Numbered from the stretch's first letter, positions 13,591 to 27,956 are shown. The stretch is 64,000 nt of DNA from Vicugna vicugna (GCA_013265495.1 MU057521.1:1128335-1192334); one strand, 5' to 3'. The notes: generated by a model from the sequence alone, not told the origin. Made by a program: numbers and translations.

Positions 13591-16500
13591 GGAAAGGAAA
13601 AAATTATCAAGGAAAAAGTAACGGTTGGCTATCTGGACTTGGTGCAAAGAACTGTGACATAGTAAGGGGTCCTGCAACATCACTGCAGTCTGGGAGGACT
13701 GACTTTGAAGAGAGAAGGGAAAAATTATGCTTGGAAGTACAGAATAACTTCAGGGGATCAAAAGAGAATTGAAGCCAGGCTGTTAACGTTATGACACCAG
13801 GAACACCCAAGGACAATGCTGGAACCACCTGATGGTGCTGGTATAATTAGAGCTTCCATTTCCAGACACACATTCTACTCCACCTTTCACTCCACGGAAT
13901 GAACTTGTATAAAAAAGGCAGCCAAGATTCCTAACTCCTAGGCAATGATTCACTTGTGAAGGTAACACCTAAAATATTAAAGCTTCAGTAGAACCAAAGA
14001 ACATGGCTCCTCACTTATAAGCCAGCAGAATGTACATTGTAGCTTTGTATTCTAGGTTTCCCAAATTAAGGTTCCTGAAGGCTATTTTCTAGAAATTTCT
14101 TTATCCAAAACCTATGGTTTCTGAAATTATTTATCACACTCCGCATACATACGCATTGGGCTTTTCCACCTCTAAGCTTTGCACATAACCATTCTGCCTG
14201 TCGGGAACACTCTTCCCAAACCTCTCAGTCCCCTAAATGGAACTGTACTCTTCATTCAGGCTCAGCTCAAATGCTGACCTCGCACAATGCTTTCTCAGTC
14301 ACTGAGGCTGGAAGCGAAGCGGCCTCCGTGCTGTGTTCACGTGGCCCTTCACCACATGCTGCCCTGCATAACAGCCGCTGTCTTACAACCCTGCATGCAG
14401 GGGCCATGTGCCAGGGTCATATGCATGCACACTTTATGCATAGTGAGTGCTCACTATATTTTTTTTTCTGAAGAAGTGATCTATATAGTGAAAGTATATA
14501 CAATGCAAAAAAATGAAACTAAGGTATGCTATGTTATTGTGAAAGTCTTTCAGAGCCAGTTTCTTCCTCTGTAAAGTAGAAATAATTATATTTTCTTCAC
14601 ATCGTTGTTGTGAAACTTAATGAAGTAACATATGTGCAACTCTTAATACACTGAAATGCAATAAATGGCATTTTAATACTAATTATTATATCAATATAAT
14701 ACCTGTCTCAGTAATTCTTAACTTTCCTCATTTGCTACTTAATTTAATCTGACCTTCTCCCAGATTTGGGTATAAGTTTTTCTGTGGCAAAACAATCCAG
14801 TCCTCCAAATAGTTTCTGGAAACTTCCAGTGATCCCAGAGGGAGCGGGATAAACATGTTTGCATTAAATTACTTAAAACAGTTCAACATAACATTTCTAA
14901 AGAAAGACATTCCAGAATTTTCCAGAGAAAAATGGTGACTATCCTCAAACAAGCAACATGAAAGGTTGTGAAAGAGAGAAAATAATTTTTGGACAAAGAA
15001 GGAGGCAGGACTTCCTGAGTAGATCCAGGGCTGATGCCAGTAGGTGGAAAACAAAAAACTGAAAGGGGTTTTCTTTTTCTCTCTCTCTTTCCCTGCCTCT
15101 GTTTTTCCCCCCTTTCTTTTCCTTCTCTTTTTCTTTTTCTTCTTTGTGATGAAACAGTGTATTATTAGAGAGGGAAAAAAAAGAAAAGGTAAGTTGAGGG
15201 GCTGGGGTTGAGGGGAGCATTCTGCCAATTAAGTTTTCGATGAAAGACTGAAGGTGACAGAAAGGAGACGGGAAAAACCATGTTGAGTGGAATGGGCTCC
15301 GTGATGAACTGACAAGAGATGAATGACTCCATTTAGACGGATGAATGAGAGGGCAGAAGGTCTGTAATTAGAAAGACAGGCTTGGAGTCGTCGCTCAGCA
15401 TGCACTTGTTGAATGAAAGCATAAAAGACTAAGTCGGTAAGTGGGGGAAAAGGCCCTGGATTCAGGGATCCACTGGGGAAAAGAAATCTTCTCGACTGGA
15501 GTCCTGAGTATAAGGTAATCAAGGTCAGCAAAGTGATGCAGCTGAGGACAATGTTCAGGGCCTTGCTTATGGGTATCTTGCTGCATCATCACGTCCTTGA
15601 ATCTGCCCTTGACTCTCAACAGCTCTAGCAAAAGTCCTTCTAGGGCACACGCACAAACACAGCCTCAGAATTTTAGCAGCATCACAATACTACAGCCTAT
15701 CTCTAACCGTATCTTCTAACTCTCCCAGCAACAGGCTTCTTTATGTCACAAGGTTTTTCTCTCAACCACCAATGTGAGACTCACTCTCTGACATAAACAA
15801 GCAGCCACTTGGCCAGCCGTGCGGCTTGGCTGTGTGCGCCAGGCTGTGTGGTGCCTGTCTGCTAGCAGCTGCGTGCCCCGCGACAGCCCGGCCCTCGCAG
15901 AAAGTTGCCTCCTACCTCTCGGTGTTTTCTCTTTGAGGACCTGACTCTGCTCTGTACATCTAACAAATCCCTCTGACCTAAAATGCCCTTACTCTTGACT
16001 CATTCCCTCCTAGTCAATATTTCTTTCTCCTGTGAATCCTCAATTTATATTATCCAAAACTTTGCAGTGAATCATTCTTTGCAACAATCACAAAGATTGG
16101 ATTAGTCATAAAGCCACTCTTTAAAAAGAGGCTATTAGAATTACAAAAACAAAGACTTTGGGGAATTCTCTTTAAGGAGAGGCAGTGAGGGGCAGTGGGA
16201 ACACAGTGGTACAACTGTGGCACCAAAGTTCTGCCTCCCTGACCTGCTCAGCCAGTCACAGGCTCTGTGACATGAGCAAGCTGCAATCTCCTTAGGGCCA
16301 CAGTGTCCTCATGAGGCAGCAAATCTATCTGTTGTGGAAAATAATATCTACTTCACAGTGCTGTGATAAAGATCCCAGTACACAATGTGTTGGAAGAGCC
16401 TGTAAACACGGCAGCACAACACAAATGCTGGTTACTGGTGGGAGAGCTGTGACTGGAGGCAAGCCTTTGACTGACATACCGAGCCTCCAACTCAAGTTTG

Positions 16501-17231
16501 AGTTTGTCTTGCTTTGCCTTTTACAGAATGTAAATGGATTCCCTGGTCTCTGAACTGCCAGTATCGTCTTTCAGGGCCCAAATCTCAAATAACCCACTGC
16601 TGGGTACGTGGACTCTGTGTTGCAACACCCAGCCTTGCTCCAATCTTGTGGGTACTGGTCACTCCCTACTCTGGGAATGGCCTTACTCCATGTGGGCCCA
16701 GTGCTGGCCTCAGACCCCAGCTTTGACAAAGGGTGAGCAGAACTAGAACAGTCATGCCTTCCAACTGTAATGTCACTCCTCACACAGCTCATGAGTGAAA
16801 TGAGAGGATAATAAAATCTTGGAGAGGGGTACGAGGGTACTCTTGTGTGCTCACTGCCCATATTTCTCCTCGCCTTTCCAATTAAGCTTGAAGCTTTTCA
16901 TCCCCAGTAACTTACTTGGCATACAGCTGGCCATCAGTATTTGCCCATTTGAATTCAGATCATGGGTACTTCAAAATGTTTTGTGTTTGATGCATGTTAT
17001 TACTGCTAATAACAATGAAATTTGTACTTTGAAGAAAAGAATTGCCAAGTAAAGATAAAACTCAAGCTAATCAGAGAAAATCAAATCCTTACTCTGTGTA
17101 ATATAAATTAATTCTGCTGTGCAGACATTAATGATGCATATCTTTATGTGAAAATTATATCCTCTTCATCCCTTGGCACTTCTTTAGAGCCAAAACCAAC
17201 ACAGATTTCTCCCATCAAAAAAGTCTCACAC

Positions 17232-17699
17232 CCAAGTTCCTGGCAGCATTAGTCACTATAGCCAAAAGGTGGAAGCAACCCAAGTGTCCACTGATGGATA
17301 AATGGATAAACAAAGTGTGCTCTATACACACAATGGAATATTATTCAGCCCTAAAAAATAAGGAAATTCTGACATATGCTATAACACGGATAAACCTTGA
17401 ATACATTGTGCTAAGTGAAATAAGTCAGTCAGAAAAGTATAATTTCATCTATGTGAAGTATCTTAGAGTAGTTAAATACATGGAAACAGAAAGTAAATGG
17501 TGTTTGCCAGGGTCGCTGGGGGGATGGGAGTTTTTTGTAAGATGTAAAGCATTAAGGAACTGATGGTAACAGTTGCACAACAATGTGAATGTCCTTAACG
17601 CCACTGAATTGTACACTTAAAAACAGTTAAGATGGTAAATTTTATATTATGTATATATTGCCATGGTTAAAAATAAAATAAAATAAAATAAAATAAAAA
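17232..17699 (+). mobile_element. 5'-truncated L1 3' end with (AAAAT)n tail and TSD
   Basis: WINKVCSIHTMEYYSA motif; TSD aaaaagtctcacac at 17218-17231 and 17695-17708. Confidence 0.88.
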
Positions 17700-17874
17700 G
17701 TCTCACACACAAAAATGCTATATTTTGTCAGAACAGTTTCCAAACAAAATTCCAACCTAGGTTTAAAATGAAAATAAATTCATCAAATTGCAGAGAGAGT
17801 GAGGAGAGGTATGTCAAATACAAGAAACACTACGAAGGATAAAAAAAATAGAACTGCAGGATAATATCAATAAT

Positions 17875-18065
17875 AACCACCTCCATTTATTGGCACCTGT
17901 TTGATGCCAGGCACCGCGCTAAATGCTATACATGGCTTAATTCACTCAACAACGACTACAAGACACAAGGGAGAGATTAGAAACATTAAGTCATTTGCCG
18001 ATGGTCTCACAGCAAAAGAATGGCAGGAACAGATCAGTCCCAGGAGCTCTGGTCCAAAGACCATG
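17875..18065 (-). mobile_element. MIR SINE
   Basis: atttattggcacctg...gccaggcaccgcgctaaatgct...attaagtcatttgccgatggtctcacagc. Confidence 0.6.
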
Positions 18066-19019
18066 CTGTGACCTACGATCTGCCTGGACATTTTGGGACC
18101 AGAGGGCTGGTGAAAAGGACACATTTAAACTTTCCCTAAACTTCAAACTTGAGAGACTAATGAAATAAAACTAATGATCTATGGAGTACCTTTTATGTGC
18201 CCAGCACACATGGAATGACAGAGAGTCAATCAGACGTCTGTTGAGGGAGGCGGACGTTTATATAAATAGTAAGGCAGTGCAAGCCTGAGCTGCCTGACGG
18301 GTGGGAACAGAGGGGAGGGTGTCTCCCAGTATCTCACCCAAACCCACACAATTCCTGGCAACACAAGGTGCTGAATAAATATTGACTAAGTGAAATAAAA
18401 TTAGTCTCTAAAAATGTATTCTGTCTCTGAATGCATTTGAAAACAAAAAGGCAAAAGGATCAACTTTGCTTTCTTCTCCTTAAAGAGAAGACATTTAACA
18501 GATTATGGCAATCACTGACATTCAAATCAAAATAAAGAGGAAAGATTGTTCAGATTATACTTTAAATAACAATGTTACAGGCATTACATGTTAAATTGTT
18601 GCCACAATGAAGAGTCTAGGAGGTATATAGTGACTACATGAAATATAAACCACCACCTAAAATTCACACTGCAACTTGAATAGTTTCATTGTCCTAAAGA
18701 GAGATGGAGAGATTATGAGAACACAGATTCTGGGGTGATCTTCTCTGAAACCCCGATTTAAGCAGTTTCTCGTGCACCTTCCTGTTGTCCTGCAGTGCTC
18801 TCAGGCTTAACATCTGTCCCCGCATCATCCCAAGAAAACACTTGAAAATGTGTTAATGTCAACAACTGGAGAGAGGGGTCTCACCTCCAGAGGCTTAAAA
18901 TAATTGCTACTAATAACTATGTTTACTTCAAAAATCAAATCGGCACCTTCTATGCTAAGATACCAAGTTACTTTTTTTATGGCACTCTTACAGAATTCTA
19001 TGTGAATATATTAATTTAC

Positions 19020-19072
19020 CTTGTTCCAATATCAAGCCAGCTGCCATAATCTTTGACCAAGAAGAAAAAATG
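19020..19072 (-). CDS. PIGN: PIGN coding exon (~30): HFFFLVKDYGSWLDIGT(S)
   Basis: ttacag|CAT...AAG|gtaaat; 53 nt; conserved GSWLDIG motif. Confidence 0.96.
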
Positions 19073-19527
19073 CTGTAAAAATAAGACACAATACAGCTCC
19101 ATTAAAAGCAAAGCCTATACATATTTGGTCTAAAAACAATGTAGTTTTAGGATTATGTCTTTCAGATTTCTGATTCCTCAGGACCACCATCTGACTGGAA
19201 TCAATAAGAATATGCCCTTTACTGAAATTTTTGCTTGGACTAAGATGAGCAATAGTCCAAAAGGCAGAAATAGCATTACCATTCAATTCTATAAACACAA
19301 AAGTGACATTTGTGAATAACTAGAAAGAAAACCCAGCCAACTTTAATAAAAGACACTAAATAACACCAAAGGCCTCAGTGAAAGGAGGCCATGCCATCTA
19401 TTCAACAACAAATATTTACTGATGGCCTACTATGTGCTAACCACTGGCGATTAGCGCATAGTAGGATTCTGTGTTACATCCTGGAGATAAACTCTTTCAG
19501 AAGATTTATGATTGTCATATTATCAGA

Positions 19528-19532
19528 TGTGT

Positions 19533-19567
<35 letters not shown>
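19528..19567. repeat. (TG)n microsatellite
   Basis: About 20 TG units with one TA interruption. Confidence 0.95.
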
Positions 19568-19569
<2 letters not shown>

Positions 19570-20146
19570 ACAAGTCTTATCATCAGAAATACAGGCAAGA
19601 ATAGAAGCACCAAGGAAGGGATACATTCCCCAACTTGGTACAAGGGAATGCTGCCCCAATAAAAAGTCTAAAAATCTAAGTGACAAGCCAGAGTCAGATG
19701 AAAGGGGAGGTTGGGGAGATCTAAGGAGAAGTATGTTTCCGACAGAGGGAATGATCTGTATAAACATTGAGAGTCCGTAGAGCTTGGCAGGTCCAAGGTG
19801 AGGCTGGGGAAGAGAGAACAAGGAGGGAGAGGTGAGACAGGATGCCAGTCAGGGAAGCAGAAGTTGGACCACACATGGCTCTCTAAGTTCAATTCAGCAG
19901 TCTGACTCTTCATATAAAATTAATCAGAGAATTTAAACTCCCTTCTATTAACATGTCTTTGCCTATTTGCCACTTTGTGAGCAAAACTGAAAGCTGATTT
20001 GTTCTAACGTTATGTGTAGTCAATTTCAGAAATACATGCAGTTCAATCCAGCATAAAAATGCTTTCATCCGAATCAAGTGACTAGGAATCTGATTTGGGA
20101 AGATACCCTAATAGCTGTCTCTCGTCACTTCTAGCATAAGATGCTG

Positions 20147-20690
20147 TGTCATGAAGAATTAACCTTACCTAAAGAGAGGTCTGGCCTTTGCCTTCAGCTA
20201 CTAGGAGGTGATTACCATGTCCTTGGAATAACCTGCCTGATGGAGGCATTCTGCCTGGGGGACCTTAGCCACTGGACAGCCTAATAATGTGATTTATGTT
20301 CAGGGCTTCGGGCCGTGTGTTATCAGTTCTACCTCTAGAAGGACTGGAGATTAAAGATCAGTCATGGGAACAGTATGTGATTGAGCCCCAATAAAAAGTC
20401 CATCAAGGCTCTAGTGAGCCTGGCTGGCAGCACTCCATGCACACTGTCACACATCAGTGCCGGCAGAGTGCTGCTGTCCTGACTCCACAGGGAGTGAACA
20501 GCCAGAGCTCCACATCTGCACCCCTCCTGGGCTCTGCCCTCTGCATCTCTTCATTGGCTGATTTTGGTCTGTATCCTTTCCCTGTAACAATCCACACTTG
20601 TGAAGGTAACAATCTTCAGTAAGTTCTGTGAGTCCATCCAGTGAATTATCAAACCTGGGGGTAGTTTTGGGAACCCCCCCCGAACCTGCA
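20147..20690 (+). mobile_element. Solo LTR, MER21-like
   Basis: aaagagaggtctggcctttgcc...ccccaataaaaa...gaattatcaaacctgggggtagttttgggaacccc. Confidence 0.7.
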
Positions 20691-21196
20691 GGTATAAAAT
20701 AAGTTCTTCTATTTATTAATACACTAGAACTCATCATTAGAGCTATCATCTTGGTAACATCTTCCCATTTCAGAAACTCTGTTTCCTCTTTCTTTCCTTC
20801 CCTCCCTCCCCTCTCTTTTTTCCTTTCTTTTTCAATCTGAGAAGCAGCTCAAAAATCAACATTTCAAGTAAGAAAATGATGTATTACCTAAATCTAAAGT
20901 TAGCTTTTTCTGTTAACTTCCTGTGCAAGTTATATTTCTGACAAAATGCACCATAGAAGACTAGAAAATGACAGATTCTGATAAATCAAGTAAAAAGGCT
21001 TTTGACACCTTAAGAAGAGCACTCTAACTGCATCATAAGTCATATAAAAAGAAAGTAATTAATGTGTAAATTATGTCATCACTTATAACTCAGTATCTAA
21101 ATATTTCATATAGAGAAATGCATTCATATTTCACTTGGTTAACTCAGTACTTAGCTTCTCAATCTTATTTATATTGAATATCCAATAATATCTTAC

Positions 21197-21239
21197 CAAA
21201 GCCATAATGTCTGATGTGATGATAACCATGAGAAAAAGA
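21197..21239 (-). CDS. PIGN: PIGN coding exon (~29): LFLMVIITSDIMAL
   Basis: ttccag|T...TTG|gtaaga; 43 nt. Confidence 0.95.
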
Positions 21240-21499
21240 CTGGAAAAAAATAAAGAAAAAAATACATGTAATACAACAGGCATATTTAAAAAGCACATTA
21301 AAATCAAAATGAGAATAATCAAATAACCTAATATTTTGTTATTAGTATTTTTGCTTCTGAAAATAAATACTACATTTGACAAAAGCACTTTCACATTACC
21401 ATGGGCTACTGTCTCACAGTGATGGACTGGACTTCAAAAATGTTATTTAACACTTTGAATATTTATTTCAATGGTATAAAAGGAACATGAATTATAATT

Positions 21500-22710
21500 T
21501 TTAATTAAACATTTTATTTTAGATAATTCTAGACTCACATGCAATTTCAAGAAGTGATATAGAGGGGTTCCATGTGCCCTTTGCCCAGTTCCCCCCTACC
21601 CCCGCTAATATCTTACAAAACTATAATACAGTATCACAGCCAAGATACTGGCCTTGATACAGTCAAGATACAGAACGTTTCCACCATCACAAGGATTCTT
21701 CATGACACTCTTTTATAGCCACATTTACCCTCCTCTCACCCCCTAAACCCCAGTTCCTAACCCCTGAAAACCACTAATCTGTTCTCTTTTTCTATAATTT
21801 TGTCATTTCAAGACCATTGTATAAGTAGAATCATCTATATAACTCTCTGTAATCTTTTGGGATTGCCTTTTTTCACTCAGCACAATTCCCTTGAGATTCA
21901 TCCAAGGTTCTGTATGTATCAACCATTTGTTCCTTTTTATTGCTGAGTAGTGCTCCATTGTATGGATATACCACAGTTTGCTTAACCATTCAAGCACTGA
22001 AGGACATCAGGGTGGTTTCAAGTTTGTGGTTGTTACAAATAAAGCTGCTATAAACATCTGCACACAGTTTTCTGTGCATTTCTCTAGGAAAAATATCCAC
22101 GTGCAATTGCTGGATCATGTTGCATGTTCAGTTTCATAAGAAACTGTAAAACTCTTTTCAGAGTAGTGGTACTACTTTACAGTCTCATCAGCAATGTATG
22201 AGAGCAATTCCTCTGCATCCTCACCAGCATTTGGTGATGCCACTATTTTTTATTTTAGCTATTTTGATTGTCATACAATATGTCTCTGTGGTTTTAATAC
22301 GCATTTCCTTAATGGCTAATGATGCTGAACATCTTTTCATCCTTTTTTTGCCATCTGTATACCATCTGCAGGTCTCTTACTCATTTTCCAATTGAACTGT
22401 TAGTTTTTCAGTGTTGAATTTTAAGAGTTCTTTATATATTCTAGACAGGAGTTCTTCGTCAGATATGTGGTTTGTAAATATCTTCTCCCAATATATAGCT
22501 TGCCTTTTCACTCTTTGAACAGCTTTCAATTTTGATGAAGTCTAACTAAATCAGTTATTTCCTTGTATGGATCTTGGTTTTTGGTATCAAGTCTAATTCT
22601 TTTCCTAGCCCAAATTCCAAGGATTTTATATTTCTTTCTAAAAGTTTAAATCTGTGATCCACTTTGAGTCAATTTTTACATAAGATGTGAGGTTTTGGTC
22701 AAGGTTTATG
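21500..22710 (-). mobile_element. Old L1 (L1MB/MC-like) 3' region, sense to PIGN
   Basis: ORF 21803..21997 WLSKLWYIHTMEHYSAIKRN is the L1 ORF2 terminus. Confidence 0.85.
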
Positions 22711-23435
22711 GCTTCTTTTTAAGAAATCACTTTTTCTAACTATAGGTTTGAAATATAGACATGTAAGTCAGACTGATCAGATCGTACAGAATGATTAGCA
22801 TTCAAAACAAATCTGATAAAACAGACATATAATAAAGTAGGGTAATCTGATTAAGAATTTGTAGAGAATGCAATTGTCACCCAGGACAACATTCTATCCA
22901 AAGCATGAATTCCCATAGTAACATCCCAATGAAGACTTTGTCAAGCAGTAGCTTCAGTGGTTCCAGAATCAGAATCTACTTCATTTTAGACAGCTCCAAT
23001 TACTACAGTTTTTTTTCCTTCTTTGAATCATAATCAGTGAAACAAAAATTCCACCCTATAAATCCAGTTCTTCTGGAGCAAAAGAAAAAGAATAAACACA
23101 ATTTAAATGCAATAGACCTTAAAATATCTCTTTTAAAGTTTTGCTTGCTGCTTTTAAATGTTGTTTTCCTAAAGCAAATTATTTTATTGTATGACAGAGA
23201 TGATGTTCTGGAAATCTTCTGAATAAGATACACCTCAGGTAATAATAACTACCTTCACTGTATGGTTGGTAAAAATCCAATCTGGTAATATATGCAAAGC
23301 ACCTATTGCAGTGCCTGTATATGGTGGGGTGCCTAAAAATACTGGTTTCTTTCTCACTCCTTGTAACAAAGGTTTTAGATGAAATTAAATATACAATGAA
23401 AGACACAATCTCTGCCCTCACAGAGTTCACAGGAC

Positions 23436-23730
23436 GTATATTAGTCAGGTAGGGCTACCGTAACAAGTACCACAGACTGGGTGGCACTTTAAGACTGGCT
23501 TAAACAATATAAATTAACTTCCTCACGGTTCTGGTGGCTAAGTCTGAGACCAAGCTGCCAGTGGCGGTGATTTCATTCATAGGCCTTTTCCCTTGATTTG
23601 TAGATGGCCATCTTCTCCCTCTGTGTTCACACTGTCTCTCCTCTGCGTGTGTCTGTGTCCTAATCTCCTCTTCGTATAAGGATGCTAGTCATATTGGGCT
23701 AGGGCTCACCCATATGACCTCATTTTACCT
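23436..23730 (-). mobile_element. MaLR LTR (MLT1A/B-like)
   Basis: tattagtc...gtaacaagtaccacagactggg...gtgtctgtgtcctaatctcctcttc. Confidence 0.75.
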
Positions 23731-24395
23731 TGCATCCTCTAGCAGGAGATGTGAGAAAGTACATGTAATTTACTAGTTTTTACTGCATCTAAATAACTAT
23801 CTTCTATATGGTACTGACAAGGTAAGAGCAAAAGTGCTTTTAATGTTAAATTCATGTGAATATCCTTTTGAAAAATATGCTAAATTAAACCAAACATGAG
23901 ATTTCTACTATTTTTAAACAGTGGGAGAAAACCTTTCTTTTTATTATAAATACACATAATAATGCTACACCCAGTTCTAGCTTAAACTCATCAAGAAGAA
24001 CATGCAAATTTATGCTAATATTAGTTATTTCTTTCAGCATTGAATATTCCGGTTTGATTCAAAAATAACAAAATTGCTAAGAAGCTGCATATTTATCTCA
24101 AGTGTCTTTCAGAAAGGCTGATCAGTCCCATGCTGATGAGGCAATTTTATCGTTTCAAAAAAGCAAATAGTTAATTGACAGCTTCTCTTCCAGAGTCTTG
24201 ATTGCTTAAGACTGACTGCTCTAGAAATTCCTAGAAACTCAGAAAGAATACTTCCCATTCCATTTGTCAAAAATGTAGAAGTCAAGACTGAGAAACTATG
24301 TAAATTACTGACATCCAGAAGTTAATGTCAAACCACGTAAAATGCTACGATGTTAACACATTTGCCTAATACATATTTAAGAATTGATCAAAAAT

Positions 24396-25126
24396 GAGAA
24401 TGTAATTTGGTGTAGCCACTATGGAAAACAGTATGGAGATTCCTCAAAAAACTTAAAATATCATATGATCCTGCAATCCTACTCCTGGGCATATACCTGG
24501 AGAAAACTCCAATTCAATAAGATACATGCACAGCAATGTTCATAGCAGCACTATTTACAATAGCCAAGATGTGGAAGCAACAGATGTCCATCAACAGATG
24601 ACTGGATAAAGAAGTTGTGGTAATATATATATACCATACACACACACACACACATACACACACACTCACACACGCAATGGAATACTACCCAGCCATAAAA
24701 AAGAATGAAATGCCATTTGCAGCAACATGGATGGACCTAGAGATTATTATACTAAGTGAAGTAAGTTAGAGAAAGACAAGTATCATATGATTATTACTTA
24801 TACGCAGAATCTAAAAAAAGGACACAAATGAACTTATTTACAAAATAGAGACTCACAGACGTAGAAAACAAACTTGTGGTTGCTAAAGGGGAAAGGGCAG
24901 GGGAGGGATAAACTGGTAGTTTGGGATTAGCAGATACAAACTACTATATACATAATAGATAAACAACAAGGTCCCATTGTATAGCACATGGAACTGTATT
25001 CAATAGCTTGTAATAACATTATGAAAAAGAACATATATATACACGCATAATTGAATCACTATGCTATACACCAGAAACTAACACAACATTGTAAATCAAC
25101 TATACCTCAATTAAAAAAAAAAAAAA
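24396..25126 (+). mobile_element. Younger cetartiodactyl-type L1 3' end with poly(A) tail
   Basis: gccactatggaaaacagtatggagattcctcaaaaaact...cacaacattgtaaatcaactatacctcaattaaaaaaaa. Confidence 0.9.
24638..24673. repeat. (CA)n microsatellite inside L1
   Basis: Imperfect CA run. Confidence 0.9.
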
Positions 25127-25506
25127 GGAAACAATCCAAAATAAAACAAAATGCTATCCCTTGTTTTTTGTAGGCATGGTTATATCTATGGTAAACATGT
25201 TATTAACTAAAAGATGTTAATATTTATGTGTTACAGTTTTTGAGGGGGGCTCCTCACTAGCTTGAATAATATTCTAATAATATTTTATTGTTGAGAAAGC
25301 ACATTTTTCTGCCAGAGGCTCTAATCAACTAATTTCTTCTAATGACAACTGAGCTCTGACTAAAAGGGTGAAATATTTTTTTCTCATTTTTATAATAAAC
25401 AACCTATGTTACAGTGTCTTAATAACAATCACACAAAATACCCTCAAATATTTACTCCCATTTCCTAAAAATGGACAAATTCAATGCTTTGTAAATATTC
25501 ACCTTA

Positions 25507-25638
<132 letters not shown>

Positions 25639-26274
25639 TTAAATAAATACTATTTCTGCTTACAGAAATATTTCAATTTCTCAAATTTTATCTTTATTAG
25701 GGAAAAGCAAATGCTGAAATAAAACCATGATAATAATGACATATACAACAGTGATGAAATGGATTTAAAAACCCATATCAACCATACATATAGTATAAAA
25801 GATAACAAATATTCCAAATAAAGCCTATTCCAAATTTGTTCTATTTAACTTATTATAATAATTAATGACCATGTTCAAAGTTTTCCAAGAGGGTGTGAAA
25901 GGCCCAGAATGCCCAAATCAAATAAATTATGGAGCCTGATGATTTGATTCACAGGTCTCTGAACATATCTGGCTATTTGATACTACAACTCTAAACAAGT
26001 CTACATGTGATTTAGCTGCTTTATCGTTGCTTTTTGTCATTTTAATAGTAACTTATTTCTGAGCATAAAATTCATACTGTGTAAAAAAATGGAGAAAGAT
26101 ATAGTAAATTAATCCTGGTTGAAAAATCTGGAGCTAACACTGTTAGTATTTTGACATACTGCTTTCCAATGACTAATTAAAAAAATATATATATATATTT
26201 TACATTTCAACAAAGAGGGGAGGGAGAAGACATGTAAAAGAAATGATGTTCAAGACTGCATAAGATTCTTTTTC

Positions 26275-26402
26275 TTTCTTTTTTTTTTTTGTAGGGGGTT
26301 AATTTGATTGATTGATTGACTTGAATGGAGGTACTGGGGATTGAACCCAGGACCTCGTGCATGCTAAGCACGTGCTCTACCCCTAAGCTATACCCTCCTC
26401 CC
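26275..26402 (-). mobile_element. Vic-1-like SINE, full length with TSD
   Basis: tRNA-like A/B boxes; TSD taagattctttttc at 26261-26274 and 26403-26416. Confidence 0.88.
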
Positions 26403-27467
26403 TAAGATTCTTTTTCGAGTAGAGGATGCATGACTAAAACAGAGTTCCAGGAAGACTTTCACTTCCAGCCACATCAGTCAAGAAAGCCACCAAGTGCAAT
26501 ACATCAGTAAAGCTTACTGAATTAAACTAGAGATTAAAGATCTAGCATTTAATTTAAACTTCTTTTTTTCTTCTTTTTAATTAAAGGCCCATGATCTTTA
26601 ATAAACTGGGAAAAGACAAACTACCATTTTAAAAAGTGTAAATGAAGAGTAAGGAAACAATACATATTTTTAAAAAAAATCAACAGTGAACGGGACATGA
26701 GAAAATGAACATGTCAGTAACCCTCCTTTTTCTTTTTTTTTCTTTAATCTCAGTAACATTTCTTAAAATTACATTTGTATTAGGGCAATAACAAATAAGG
26801 ACATTAATCCTATTAAGAGACACATACTTTTAACAATTATTACTTATGTGATCTGAATAGAAGGCCATCATATTTTAGGCAGATGTTAGTTCCTTTATTT
26901 AAACAAATATATACTAACTGTGTAAAATGTGCCAGGCACTATTGCAGAGGGAAAAAGACAAGTTCAATGATCATAGAGAAAAAGGGAAAGAACGTGAATT
27001 ACATTCCACTGGAGAGTCTGAATCCCTGGAAAGCTGATAATTTGTTATATCCTGGAATCCTCAGCACCCAGCTGGTATCGATAAGCCTTCAAAGATGTAT
27101 TTGTTGAATGAATAAATCAGTTCTAGGTACATGGATCATGAGAACAGATGATAGCACATTGGTAGCCTCACGGGTGTGGAACATGGGATTAGGGAGCCTT
27201 AGATCTTGAGGAGCAATGCAGTTCTGATCCACCCTGCACTTCCCACAGGCTTTCTTCATCTTTGGTAGGACTTCCTGGAACTAATAGAGAATCTGTACTT
27301 TTTTGAAGTTAAATGGGCTTAAGAGTAAAGTAAAAAGATTAGCTATGTTTTGGAGTAAAGCTAGAAGGCCTTACCTCCCATCCAGCAGTGCCTGAGAAGG
27401 TATCTTCTTCCTATGCTATTTAAATCTGTCATTTTATAATCTTAATGTCCCATGTTACATGATCTTA

Positions 27468-27653
<186 letters not shown>

Positions 27654-27900
27654 TTAAAAGCATGTTCTTCTCTTTTAAAAAGGATGTTTCAACTCATTTC
27701 TGAAATACTCTTACAAAAACATAAGTAAACACTGTATCAAGAAATATTATGAAGTCACTAAAATGAATCAGGTAGACTTATATGTGCCGATAATACCAAT
27801 TTCCAAAATATACCCTTCAGTGTAAAAAGCAAGGTACAGAACAAAATCTCAACTTGTATTATTTTCTGGTTATGTATATGCTGTTTTCACTTAACATTAC

Positions 27901-27956
27901 CTGTTAACAGAAGCTATATTCCCAGTTCCAAAAAAGGCTGTCACTAAGAAGAAAAC
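27901..27956 (-). CDS. PIGN: PIGN coding exon (~26): VFFLVTAFFGTGNIASVN(S)
   Basis: catttag|GTT...CAG|gtaatg; 56 nt; conserved FFGTGNIAS motif. Confidence 0.97.

Noticed and set aside
14869..15228. Lys/Arg-rich 119-aa ORF resembling an NLS-bearing protein
   Set aside because: Translation of a low-complexity purine/pyrimidine tract.
19391..19821. ORFs of 129 and 115 aa
   Set aside because: Kept open by the (TG)n repeat within probable L2-derived sequence; no recognisable protein.
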